Positions 24,435 through 34,237 of a DNA stretch of 64,000 nucleotides are shown here, piece by piece. Under the pieces are notes generated by a model that saw nothing but the letters and a program-made list of their open reading frames with translations, had not been told where the DNA came from and ran no database searches. Origin of the DNA: Strigamia acuminata (taxonomy: Eukaryota); NCBI GenBank assembly GCA_949358305.1, contig OX442314.1, positions 15,562,001 to 15,626,000 on the forward strand, read 5' to 3'. The stretch's first letter is position 1. Each line of letters opens with the position of its first letter. A program made the position numbers and the translations under genes.

Positions 24435-24442
24435 GTCCTAAG

Positions 24443-25594
24443 ATAACAAGTGCAAATAGCCACAAATACATACTCGTGATCATGGATGTCGCAACTGGAT
24501 GGCCAGAATTGTATCCGATGGCCCACCCGACTAAGCAGAAAATAATCCAATGTCTTTACGAAGTCGCGTTACATTTTGGTTTCCCGCGGAAATTAATTTC
24601 CGATAATGGCCCACAGTTCGCATCAAGGTTGTACAAGGACTTCTGCAATCAATTCGACATTCAACCATCATTTACTTCAACGTATAACCCACGGGCTAAT
24701 CCCGTGGAGCGCCTCAACCGTGACATAAAATATGCGCTTGCTATTTTCACAGACGTACATTCCAAGTGGGACGAATTCCTTAAAGAAATAGCATTTAGCA
24801 TCCGAACGACCATTTCGAGAAACCGCGGCTTTTCCCCGGCTTATCTCAACTTCGCTCGAGAGCTACGAGTGCCCTGGGATCCACGCATCCCAGAAGGAAT
24901 TCGAAAAGTCGATCCAAAAAATCCTCACATCTACGTACATCAACTAGAACAAGCGATTTCGGCAACCTACCAACATATGATGTCACATGTGTTTGACATG
25001 CGCGAACGAGTGAAAAAGTCTGAAAAGAACACACAATTTTGTAATTTTAAAATCAACGATCTCGTATGGAAGGACACTCACATTTTATCCAGTGCAGATA
25101 AAGGGATTCATGCCGGCTTAGCCGACAAACGAGACGGCCCATACGTAATTACCAAAGCCCACGGCGGGAACGCATTTTCTCTGCAACGTTTGGCCGATAA
25201 TGTAAATTTTCGATCAATCCACGCTCGGGAACTGACGCCTTACTTGCCGGAATTTCCACAAGAAGAATGGGCCGAGGACCAAACGCAGCCATCTCCATCG
25301 CCCACAATACGAGATATGTTCGACGACATCGCCACTGTTTCAGACTTGAACGAAAATACGACTCACGTAACTCCAGACAGCGCCGAACTAACTAGCGCCC
25401 CAGATGGAAATTTAGGAGGGGAGGAAGCAGCAGTTAACGAAGAAACTCCTAAAACTCCTGAAAAAGAAAAAGAGATTACTAAAAAATCCACACGATCGAG
25501 AAGTAAAATACCGAAACCTATAATACGACAAAGTACAAGAAAAAAGGTACCAAACCCGTTTATAAAGGACGGTAAAATCGCCGGGAGGACATGA
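24443..25594 (+). pseudogene. pol: Pol 3' part: integrase catalytic core and GPY/F module, disconnected by the MITE
   Basis: KYILVIMDVATGW...LISDNGPQF...NPVERLNR (second D and E of DDE) and DKRDGPYVI. Removing 311 bp (the MITE plus one TSD) rejoins ...DLMGPK|ITSANSHKY... in frame. Confidence 0.92.
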
Positions 25595-25843
25595 TAAAGC
25601 AACAAAATCCAAAATGGTTGGCATAACCAATCAAAAGCGACAAAACAATATGACGTAATTACCCCGACCTCCTAGGGACAAAAACAATCACAAGGAGACT
25701 CCAACAATCAACTACGTATTACAGACGAAAGCCAATCAAGATACTTAACCTCGACTACCCTTTCAACTTTGCACTCCGCGTTCTGTCACGACGACAACAG
25801 GTACTTGACAAGAAAAAATCGCAACCAACAAATTAAAATCAAA

Positions 25844-28558
25844 ATGCGAAGAAACTGGAAGCAATCACCCGACAACGAAGAGGAAGAAATGGATCGAGAC
25901 CCAAGCGAAGACGAATGGAACGATCCCGCAAGATGGGACGAGGTCGAACCGGAAGAAAATCGGGAAAAGCCCGATGGTAACGAAAAGCCGGAACACCAAC
26001 TTACGTGGGGACCCATCGATCCGCAAAACGTGTCTTCGGGTACACTCTGGAGAAGCGAAATTCCGACCCCATTTCGAAGAGCGTTAGAGGACGACGTAGA
26101 CACCGGACCATGGAAAATTCGGCTCACTTCATCCCGAGCCCGATCGCGATTTTGGGCAAGTCAGGAGACTTTAATACACTACTTCCCAGAAAAGATGCGT
26201 GACGCACTGAGGACGGAAATTCCAGAACGCGACGACGCACCAGCACCACTCCCAAACAAGTTTTTGGAAAAGGACTATCCAAGCGAACCCGAAGAGTGGG
26301 CTGTCCTCGAGAAGTGGCAAAACGCCGCCACAGACGAAGAGCGCCGACAAATACACAGAGACTATTACAACGAAGTCAGACGGACGGCGTATCGAGATCT
26401 CTTCAAAATACTGAAACCCGCAGGGTATTCGACAGACGAGATAAAAACTTGGTTAAGCCAGGTTCGAGGAGAAAGACCAGACGTTCCCAACTGGCGACCC
26501 GAACACGGATTCATCACCTCACAGAAAGCAATGCACCAGCTCCACTACCTGGGCATCTTTGGGCGCAAGCGACAAAAAGCGGAGAAGCGACTCTCGAGCG
26601 GGTTGTTAAATAACGCACACGACAACAAACGACGACGCCTGGATCAGCCAAGCACGTCGTACAACACGCAAGATCGATCGCAGTCACATCCTCGAGTTTA
26701 TTACCGACACGCTCGAGAACCCTCACCGCGACGAGAACCCAGAGTCGAGAGACCACGAGCAGTTGAGACATACCGCTACTCCAGAAACCGACCGAACCAA
26801 CGCGGATGCCTCAGATTGTCAAGGCCACGAGCGGAAACATGGGGACGCTTTGAGAGATCGCGAGAAGTCGATGAGGTAGAGACTTTGCAAGTGGAAGTTC
26901 GACGAGAAGTGCCGATAACGATCGAACACGAACAATCGGTAGAGCCGATGATCGTACCCGAACAAGAAAAACTTTACACCGAAGCCGATATGGTAGCAGC
27001 CGTCCTGAAAGTCAAGAACGAACAGGCGAAACCCGTCTATCGGCCGACCAAATCAATCGAGATGAGTGTAACGTCGGTACCAAGCGCATTCATCAAGGCG
27101 CCAGCCAAACCAGTTAGTAGCGTACCTTCTAGTCTGCCCAGCGCATTCCGAAAGACTGTGATTATCGGAACCCCAGCATCGCTGAGTCCCTTTGAGCAAC
27201 TCAAACGACGACAAGATCGTTTTGGACCCATTTTCCCGGCCGTACCAGAAGAAACGCGAAGCGAAATTTCCACGTCGAGAACACCGATTGTTTGGGATGA
27301 GCCCGAACCCGACATTCAACGAGTTTTAATTAATTCAAAGCAAGTAGCCGTAGCTCAAGCCGAAAAGAACGACCAAACGCCTTCAAAACCAACTTCCAGT
27401 AGCCAGTCGTCGGAGGTTCGAGCCACAATCCAGTTCGACCCAACGCCATACGATTTACAGTCGTTTCTCGACACAACCACGATCGAGCAAGCGAAAGAGA
27501 TGGTGTCCGACATTGACGAATATCAAGCCAGGACCATGCAGATTGCGATAACGAACATCCAAAGTGCGGCCATCGAGTTCATCAAGAGCCCCGGACGAGA
27601 TCATCCGTCACGAACAGCGCGCACAACAGTCGTGCTCACAGACATGATGTCGCTCGTATTGGCCGCGTCCACATTTAGAAACGCCCGTGTAGCATTGGCA
27701 GCCTGGGCAGTCGTCGCTCATGAAAGCTTTCTGTTGCCTCCCGCTCTCATCGAGCGATGGCTAAAGTTAGTCCCTTCCTGTATCCAGGTTCGCGCGCAGT
27801 TAGTTGCAGAGGACGTCGACCCGGAACAATCATATCAAGCGGTCCGAACTGTGGCTTTACCACAACGCGAACCAGCCGCATTAATCAACGAACCTCTTCC
27901 CGAGACTGCGGCGAGCCAGACAGCCCCGACGGCCACTCCAGAGGAGACGATAAAGTTCCCCGAAGGACTGGTTCCGATCGAAGGCGTGAAAGTAGTCGTC
28001 CGAAAGACGAAAACAAAACCGAAGATCCTGCGGCCCAAGAAAAAATTAGAGCCGAAACCTTTGCCTCCGATCGACGCACAACTCAAACACTACTACCCGA
28101 GTTTGACGATGACCCAGAAGACGAAGAACCAGATCAAGCGATCGAGCGACCACGGCCACTCGCTCTACTTATGGATGGAGCGAACTCTAGAGGCGGGTCC
28201 AGGCGTCGATTTCATTCAGCACCAACGTCTGCTGCGAGCACACCGCGCCCCGACGAATCCGGCCGAGGCCCAGAAGATCCACCATACCAATCAAGGCCTG
28301 GCCCCCTTCCTCTCGCGTATCTGGGTACATGAACGAGTCGGCGCCCCCTACGAACCAGTTGGCGGCCACGATCGATACTTCATCGGGGAGTTCGAAGACC
28401 CGAGCGATCGTTCATCACGTCTCACCTCGATTTTGCCGATCGCCGAACCAACGATTCCAGCAACTCCGGAGATGGCTAAACCACCTGTAACCGAAGAATT
28501 ACCTCCACCTCCGCCTCCGGACGTTCCTCAGGGATCATCTGAAAAGGAAGCGAACTAA
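25844..28558 (+). CDS. ORF3 of the retrotransposon: 904-aa protein of unknown function, not envelope-like
   Basis: Uninterrupted 2.7-kb ORF between the pol stop and the PPT. ATG in CAAAATG context. Same A-rich, CG-rich composition as gag and pol. No signal peptide, no C-terminal TM anchor and only two Cys; contains basic NLS-like clusters. Confidence 0.85.
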   Translation: MRRNWKQSPDNEEEEMDRDPSEDEWNDPARWDEVEPEENREKPDGNEKPEHQLTWGPIDPQNVSSGTLWRSEIPTPFRRALEDDVDTGPWKIRLTSSRARSRFWASQETLIHYFPEKMRDALRTEIPERDDAPAPLPNKFLEKDYPSEPEEWAVLEKWQNAATDEERRQIHRDYYNEVRRTAYRDLFKILKPAGYSTDEIKTWLSQVRGERPDVPNWRPEHGFITSQKAMHQLHYLGIFGRKRQKAEKRLSSGLLNNAHDNKRRRLDQPSTSYNTQDRSQSHPRVYYRHAREPSPRREPRVERPRAVETYRYSRNRPNQRGCLRLSRPRAETWGRFERSREVDEVETLQVEVRREVPITIEHEQSVEPMIVPEQEKLYTEADMVAAVLKVKNEQAKPVYRPTKSIEMSVTSVPSAFIKAPAKPVSSVPSSLPSAFRKTVIIGTPASLSPFEQLKRRQDRFGPIFPAVPEETRSEISTSRTPIVWDEPEPDIQRVLINSKQVAVAQAEKNDQTPSKPTSSSQSSEVRATIQFDPTPYDLQSFLDTTTIEQAKEMVSDIDEYQARTMQIAITNIQSAAIEFIKSPGRDHPSRTARTTVVLTDMMSLVLAASTFRNARVALAAWAVVAHESFLLPPALIERWLKLVPSCIQVRAQLVAEDVDPEQSYQAVRTVALPQREPAALINEPLPETAASQTAPTATPEETIKFPEGLVPIEGVKVVVRKTKTKPKILRPKKKLEPKPLPPIDAQLKHYYPSLTMTQKTKNQIKRSSDHGHSLYLWMERTLEAGPGVDFIQHQRLLRAHRAPTNPAEAQKIHHTNQGLAPFLSRIWVHERVGAPYEPVGGHDRYFIGEFEDPSDRSSRLTSILPIAEPTIPATPEMAKPPVTEELPPPPPPDVPQGSSEKEAN

Positions 28559-28619
28559 ATCTAACTTTGAGTCTTCGCAATGTTTGTTGTTTTATTGTAA
28601 ATCCCCCAACAACATTGCT

Positions 28620-28629
28620 GAGGAGGGGA
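28620..28629 (+). promoter_or_regulatory. Polypurine tract
   Basis: GAGGAGGGGA followed by CG and then the TGT start of the 3' LTR at 28632. Confidence 0.85.
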
Positions 28630-28631
28630 CG

Positions 28632-29241
28632 TGTGGTGACCACGAGGTCACAAAAGTGTTTTAATTAATCATAACCTAATAAATAGTAATTTTAATATTG
28701 ATAGTAAAATGATTGTCAGATTATTGCGGGAAAATTAGCTATACTAGTTTTACCGTTTCTGCGAGACTGACGTGACAACGTCATAGATTTGCATAATTCC
28801 CCGAATTTATGCAAATACGTCATTTCCGGTCCAGCCACTATTTAAACCCGTGTCTGACCGGAAACCCCCACTTTATAGATACCAGAGCAACATTAGCATC
28901 ACCACCTCACCGTCAGGCCGTTTTACCGGATTGATAGAGGATCGATGCCCGTTGCCAATTACATCTATAAATCAGAGTCACAGATATTATCGTAGCAATA
29001 CTACGATCGTAATATCTCCCGAAGCGAAGCGTTTGCGAACACGTGTTTCGCCAGACGCCATTACCCTAGACAACAGTAGAAGCCACGTGTAAGACTGCCG
29101 TGCAGCAACAAATCGTATCCGCCAGCAAGGATCCGAGACCACATTGTTAAGTATCATTATTGTATTATTACAAGTGTGAAATAAAGGGTGTTATTAGTAA
29201 GATATTGTGTAAGTTTATTTACCGGAATCAAGGTTACGACA
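28632..29241 (+). repeat. 3' LTR (610 bp)
   Basis: Direct repeat of 17744-18353, followed by the TSD ACAT; AATAAA at 29180-29185. Confidence 0.97.
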
Positions 29242-30851
29242 ACATGATTACAGCCAAAAGGCAAAAGAACTTCCACAAAACCCAAACTAACATTTTCATT
29301 TTCATTTTCATAGTTTGCTATGTAATTTTCATAATCCAATTTCATTGAGTAATCAAATTTTATTACAACATTTGTGAGGATTACAAGAAAAACAAAGCAG
29401 AAATTAGAAATTTAGGAAATTGTAATGAAAAATTTAAAGAATTTCCAGATTTCGTAATTAGAATTCACTAATTAACGAGTGTAAATACGAAAATAAACAA
29501 CACAATTGATGCATACAGTTGGAAACTAGCAAACTGAGAATTATTTTGTAGAAAGAATTCTAGCAGAAATAAACGTAGTCCAGCAAAGGGAGAGTTTGGT
29601 TGTTGATCGCTTCTAGCAAAATCGATTTGAAGGTGGGTACACGAGGAGACTCACCCGTTCGTTAGGCGAGTAACAAGACAGACTGGCTTCTCATTAGTTC
29701 GGCTGCCAGCTCGCTCGTGCCCGCTTCGATGATCTCATTTGCATTAATGCCCAAATCTTGGTCTATCCGCCAAAGGCCTCGCTTGAGCTAGATGACACCA
29801 TTTGCAATAAAGTGCTGCCAAAGCAGATCTGTCTCAAATGACAACATTGACTCATTCCACAATTAAATGTTTACCTACTTAACTTTTCATATTTCTTCTT
29901 TCACTTTTGCACTTTTTTCCATTTTCCGCTCATCGATTTCTTGTGCGCTGTCTCCTTTCCCCCCCATCATTTCATCCTGCATATAAGTACAAAAATAAAC
30001 TGTTGATTGAATGATTAAAAAAATCATAACCAAAGTATTAATGCTATAAAGTAAAGGTGACATCTTAATGTACCCCTTAATAGTACACATACAAGTCATC
30101 GTACATCACGCTATTTGGGTATTAAACTGCAGTTTATTTCTTCCATTTTGAAAAGCATTTCAGCTCTTGCAGGGCTTGTTATAGCTCAATTATTATTTTT
30201 TATAGATTGGATAATGAAGGATTAATATTGCGATTCACTTTGGAAGAATTTAGTGCTTCAGATCTGGGAGGCAATTTTTATTGGATGTGGTAAGCAATTT
30301 TTCCACGCTTCGAGATTGGAAATTTTCTACACTTATTGTGTAAGTTATAATTACACAGTAATGTTTTAATGGGTTATTTAGTCGTAATAACATTTTTATT
30401 GCTTGTGTAGCAACTTCAACATGCTTAAAGATTTCTATACTCTATTTCTAAACCAAATTTACAAATCACAATAATATATACGGAGTATAATAATTGGTTA
30501 TTACGGTATTTTTATTATGATTATATTAATTACATTTAACAATTTATTTTGTAGAAATATACATTTTTATGAATTGTGAATTGTAAATATGAATTATGAG
30601 TTTGATTAAAATTATGTTTATTTTGAATTAATTTTCTTCTCAACGTTGATTCAAAGTACCGCATGCTAATTAAGAACAAAAAATGCACAAAAATCATATG
30701 GAACCGTAAATACTGTTGAATGTTTCCACCAAAGAGTGCTGTATTGTCAAATTAAAAAAACGATACAGTAATTAACTGTTTAATATCAGAAACCGATTGT
30801 GTCGTATACGCGCTATATGTCTTTCTTAGCATCATTGAATACCGGTAATGT

Positions 30852-31403
30852 TTAAGTTATGCATTCATTGTAAACAATAGAAACAATGCACGGTTATGGT
30901 TAGGATGTGTGGAAACTGGTGGTTTCCAAAATGTACCAAATTAGTTTATGTCTTTTACCACCGTGGCGCAAGTGAAAAACTCACTTGTGACCCGGATTAA
31001 TGTATTTTCGGAATTTGAGGATTAGCTTAATCCTTTTGTTTTATATACTCAAAAAACTGAATAAAAATTCACTGTTCTTTCAAATGTAACACTGACTGTA
31101 CGGTTTTTCTGAGTCCACCAACACTTCAAACTGAATCCAACTCCATCCGTCGTTTCAACTAGTTTTTGAGCTTAAATCATTTATTCAAGTTGCTCGTGCA
31201 ACGTTATAGGATGAGTTCCTAGGCATAGTAGGCAACCACAACCCCTTTGCTATATAAAATCAGTCAACTCTAAATTCCAATATAGATAAGGATCCTTTAT
31301 GTCTTGGCCATGTCATGGAATTACATTAATTCCTCCAACAGAAATGAAATTTGATTAGACTTATTTCTACACCTTGCATAGATTATCTTTATGAATAACT
31401 TAA
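30852..31403. repeat. Dispersed repeat, copy 2 (homologous to 10044-10255) with ~330 bp of extra internal sequence
   Basis: Homology to copy 1 on both sides of 30905-31232. The extra segment is bounded by TAGG direct repeats (30901-30904 and 31229-31232). The ends TTAAGTTAT...ATAACTTAA are inverted repeats. Confidence 0.65.
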
Positions 31404-32100
31404 GACCGATTGTTTACCGTGTATGATACTTGAGATTATGTACCATGGTTATTTTAATGTCTAAAAACGTTTTTGTAGTCGGCTTAATATAATTTTGTAC
31501 AGTTAAGGTTGACCCCCCTTTTGGATTAGTCAATCGTGGACAAAAGGGTTCGTCCACTCATTTACCTATTCACCCACTTTCAGAATTAAATCACCCCGTT
31601 GGAATAACTGTGTATTATTCATGTACAACGATTGTGTCCTGGTGTTGTCACAACTGTGTGTCCCGTAGAGTGATAGACTGTGTGTCAGACGAACTGTGTG
31701 ACTTGATGGCAATTCTGTGTTGCGATGATTAATTACGTATTTATGAGACAGTTCATACAACCATGAATGTGTTGGTTAAAGTGACCAAGATTGGCATGAT
31801 AGGTAAAACAAGAAAATAGAGATGACAAGAGTCATGTTGGACCCACCAAAACCAATCAGTTTTATTCATACAATGAAATGTAACATTTCTGGATGTCATT
31901 TCCGGATGCCAAATAAACTGGACTGTGTATTCACTGCAGAAAATAGCAACCAAAGACAAAGTCTGATGGTAAAATCACCTTCAGTTGTGGTGATGCAGAA
32001 AAACCAGCTGTACCACACGATTAGACCCAACCATTAGGACTGGAAAACATCATGTCATAATTATAATGGTTAGAGACATTAATAAAGGGTTACATAAATG

Positions 32101-32233
32101 CAGTGTTGTATCTCGTTCATTAAATTGTGAACGCGTTCAAGTTCGCCTTCAAGACAATGTGAACGGATTCACGTCCACGTTCACTTTAATTTTTTTCAAA
32201 GTGAACTAAGTCCGCTTTAACGAGATAACATTA
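32101..32233. mobile_element. Degenerate small MITE-like element, possibly hAT-type
   Basis: CAGTGTTGTATCTCGTT versus AACGAGATAACATTA imperfect inverted ends, with internal GTGAAC/GTTCAC repeats. TSD not clean. Confidence 0.35.
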
Positions 32234-34004
32234 TTAATGAGCTTATACATATCCATTATTGTCAAGCATAGTTATTAAATAATGTAAATATCTATCGTAT
32301 TGAATATGCACACGCTCATTATTTCCAGTAACATTAAATTAAAGTGTCACAAGCTTACTATGTGTATGTTATTTTATCTCATGTTGTGCTTAGAAACTGC
32401 TCAAACCAGCCAATTTAAACTTGTTAGTGCCGCCCGATGTGTTTTTGCGAAATTGTATTTAGTATCGCTTTTGCATAAAGCGACACAAGATCAACATCAT
32501 CACATCACTAATTAACAAACATTTTGTCAATATAAGCTTGGAAAGAATTCAAATTGGCAATTAAGCGAAAATAGAAGCTTCGTTTATTAGTACGTACGAC
32601 TCAGTCTTAACATTAGTCCCAGTGGCGCCATGATGGACATCTACGTCAATTGGTCTTGTTTAAAAAACTGATTAAGTCTCATGTTCAATGATGGAGCGAC
32701 TGATTGGACCCTCACCCCACGAGACGAGAATCAGCCATGAGACAAATGAAGTGATCCATCATATGACACACCACCTCCTTTTCAATCACGATTGGATCAC
32801 ACTGGGATTTGATAAAAGATAAAGAAAGAAAAAAAAAAAGCAAATTTTCTTCCTCTTCAACAATTGGAATTGAAATCAAGTGTTTATTGCTCACAAAGCA
32901 GATCTGCTTTCCCATTCCTCTTCTGCGCCTATTCTGTGAGCAAATATTTGTCTTTCTTCCGTTAGCTACAGGTGGGATTTTGTTAGCTAAGACTCATCCA
33001 TAACCAAAGAAATTGATCCCAGACAAATGCATTTATCAAAACGGGAACACTATACAAAGACGACATAGAGAATAAAACGAGGTGAAACGAAACAATTCAT
33101 CTTGTACTCAATTCCCATACAGCTAAACAACATCCTCTCGACGTATGACAGAGTGAACAAGAAGAAGAAACAAACTATTTTTCTTTTTCCATCTCCTGTG
33201 CTGGAAAAATATATTTACAAAAGAGAGATAAGTGAAGTTTGAGCCATGTGCTGAATCACTCGTCATGTATAAATCAAATCGACGAGACCCGTGTGCAGTT
33301 CGAGGCTTCAACTTGAATGTTGCAACCAATGGTTTTAGTGGTAAGCTTAGATCGTGAGTCGTGATGTGATGTTGGTACAAGTAAGGTCCTGGTCTGCTTC
33401 TCTTAGAGATCCATCGCCAAGACAACTTGATTGATTTCCTACTTTCACTCTAAATGTCACTTGATGGACACTGCATGAGCCATCCACATAGAAACGAGAT
33501 CAACAAGTTTATTTTTCTTCTCTCTTTTTTTTACATCATTTGTACAAAAATAACACCAATGATGTTTACGTCCGAGTTTTGCAATCATTACAAACATCTC
33601 GTTTTTTAAAAGAAAAATCCAGCGTTTAAAAGAACCGAAAGTCTACCTCATTATGCTGTTGGTATAATGTTTATATGCCAATGTGTTATTCTTGTAGTGT
33701 GGTGCCACAAGGGCGACGCCAATTTTTGTTTAGTCTACTTCTAGCATAATATTACTGTCTCCTCTATGCGTAACTCTTAGTTTGAATAACTATGTAGAAA
33801 GTAGTACTCCATGTTGCTGGCTGAATAATATCCTCAAGTACAAATATTTGTATGAAATAATTAAGAGTTTTAATTAATTTAGTAACATCAGTTTAGGAAC
33901 ATTAATATTTTATTTCATGCACAAAACAGCAACTTTTGTTTACAAAAGTTACACAATAATTTGAACGAAAACAGCCTGCAGTGGTAACTGTGCCTCAACG
34001 TATA

Positions 34005-34237
34005 ACCATGAACAACGGATAACACGGACATGTATCCGTGTGTTATTTCCTATTGATTCGTTGTACTGTGCACTGATTGGATGACAGCAATCACGTGTCA
34101 AGCACGGCTTGCCAACTAAACATGTTTGTTACCTGTTGTCATCCCAGAATGCAGTGCAGCTACATATTATGTGGCGCCATTGTGGCAAAACGCACTGAAC
34201 ACGTGGATACATGTCCATGTTATCCTTGGTTCATGGT
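34005..34237. mobile_element. MITE with ~40-bp terminal inverted repeats
   Basis: ACCATGAACAACGGATAACACGGACATGTATCCGTGTGTT (from 34005) pairs with AACACGTGGATACATGTCCATGTTATCCTTGGTTCATGGT (ending 34237) with few mismatches. A 16-nt exact piece of the right TIR also occurs at 3861-3876. Confidence 0.75.

Larger units (their letters stand above)
17744..29241 (+). mobile_element. Full-length Ty3/Gypsy-type LTR retrotransposon (11,498 bp) with gag, pol and an extra ORF3
   Basis: Two 610-bp TG...CA LTRs offset by 10,888 bp, a 4-bp TSD ACAT (17740-17743 and 29242-29245), PBS, PPT, gag with a CCHC knuckle, and pol in PR-RT-RH-IN order, which together with the RT and IN motifs supports Ty3/Gypsy. 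Confidence 0.97.

Noticed and set aside
24124..24442. MITE removed as an intron (Ds-like), restoring integrase
   Set aside because: There is a plausible acceptor (CTAAG| at 24442), but none of the GT donors before the in-frame stop at 24189-24191 restores the reading frame.
24075..24483. ORFs with GYGYGY / RTRTR / PYP repeats, and the idea of a telomeric or CRISPR-like repeat
   Set aside because: These are translations of the MITE's CCCGTA subterminal repeats. There is no spacer structure, and the TIRs plus TSD explain the region.
25200..25594. Chromodomain at the integrase C-terminus
   Set aside because: After the GPY module the tail is acidic then basic and looks disordered, with no chromodomain aromatic pattern (e.g. 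YLVKW).
27757..28332. 191-aa overlapping ORF within ORF3, and the antisense ORFs across gag and pol
   Set aside because: Expected by-products of T-poor, GC-richer coding sequence; the translations are low complexity with no motifs.
25769..28558. Calling ORF3 an env gene because of its position
   Set aside because: No signal peptide, no C-terminal transmembrane anchor and only two Cys. The one hydrophobic stretch (VVLTDMMSLVLAASTFRNARVALAAWAVVAH) is internal and broken by charged residues.
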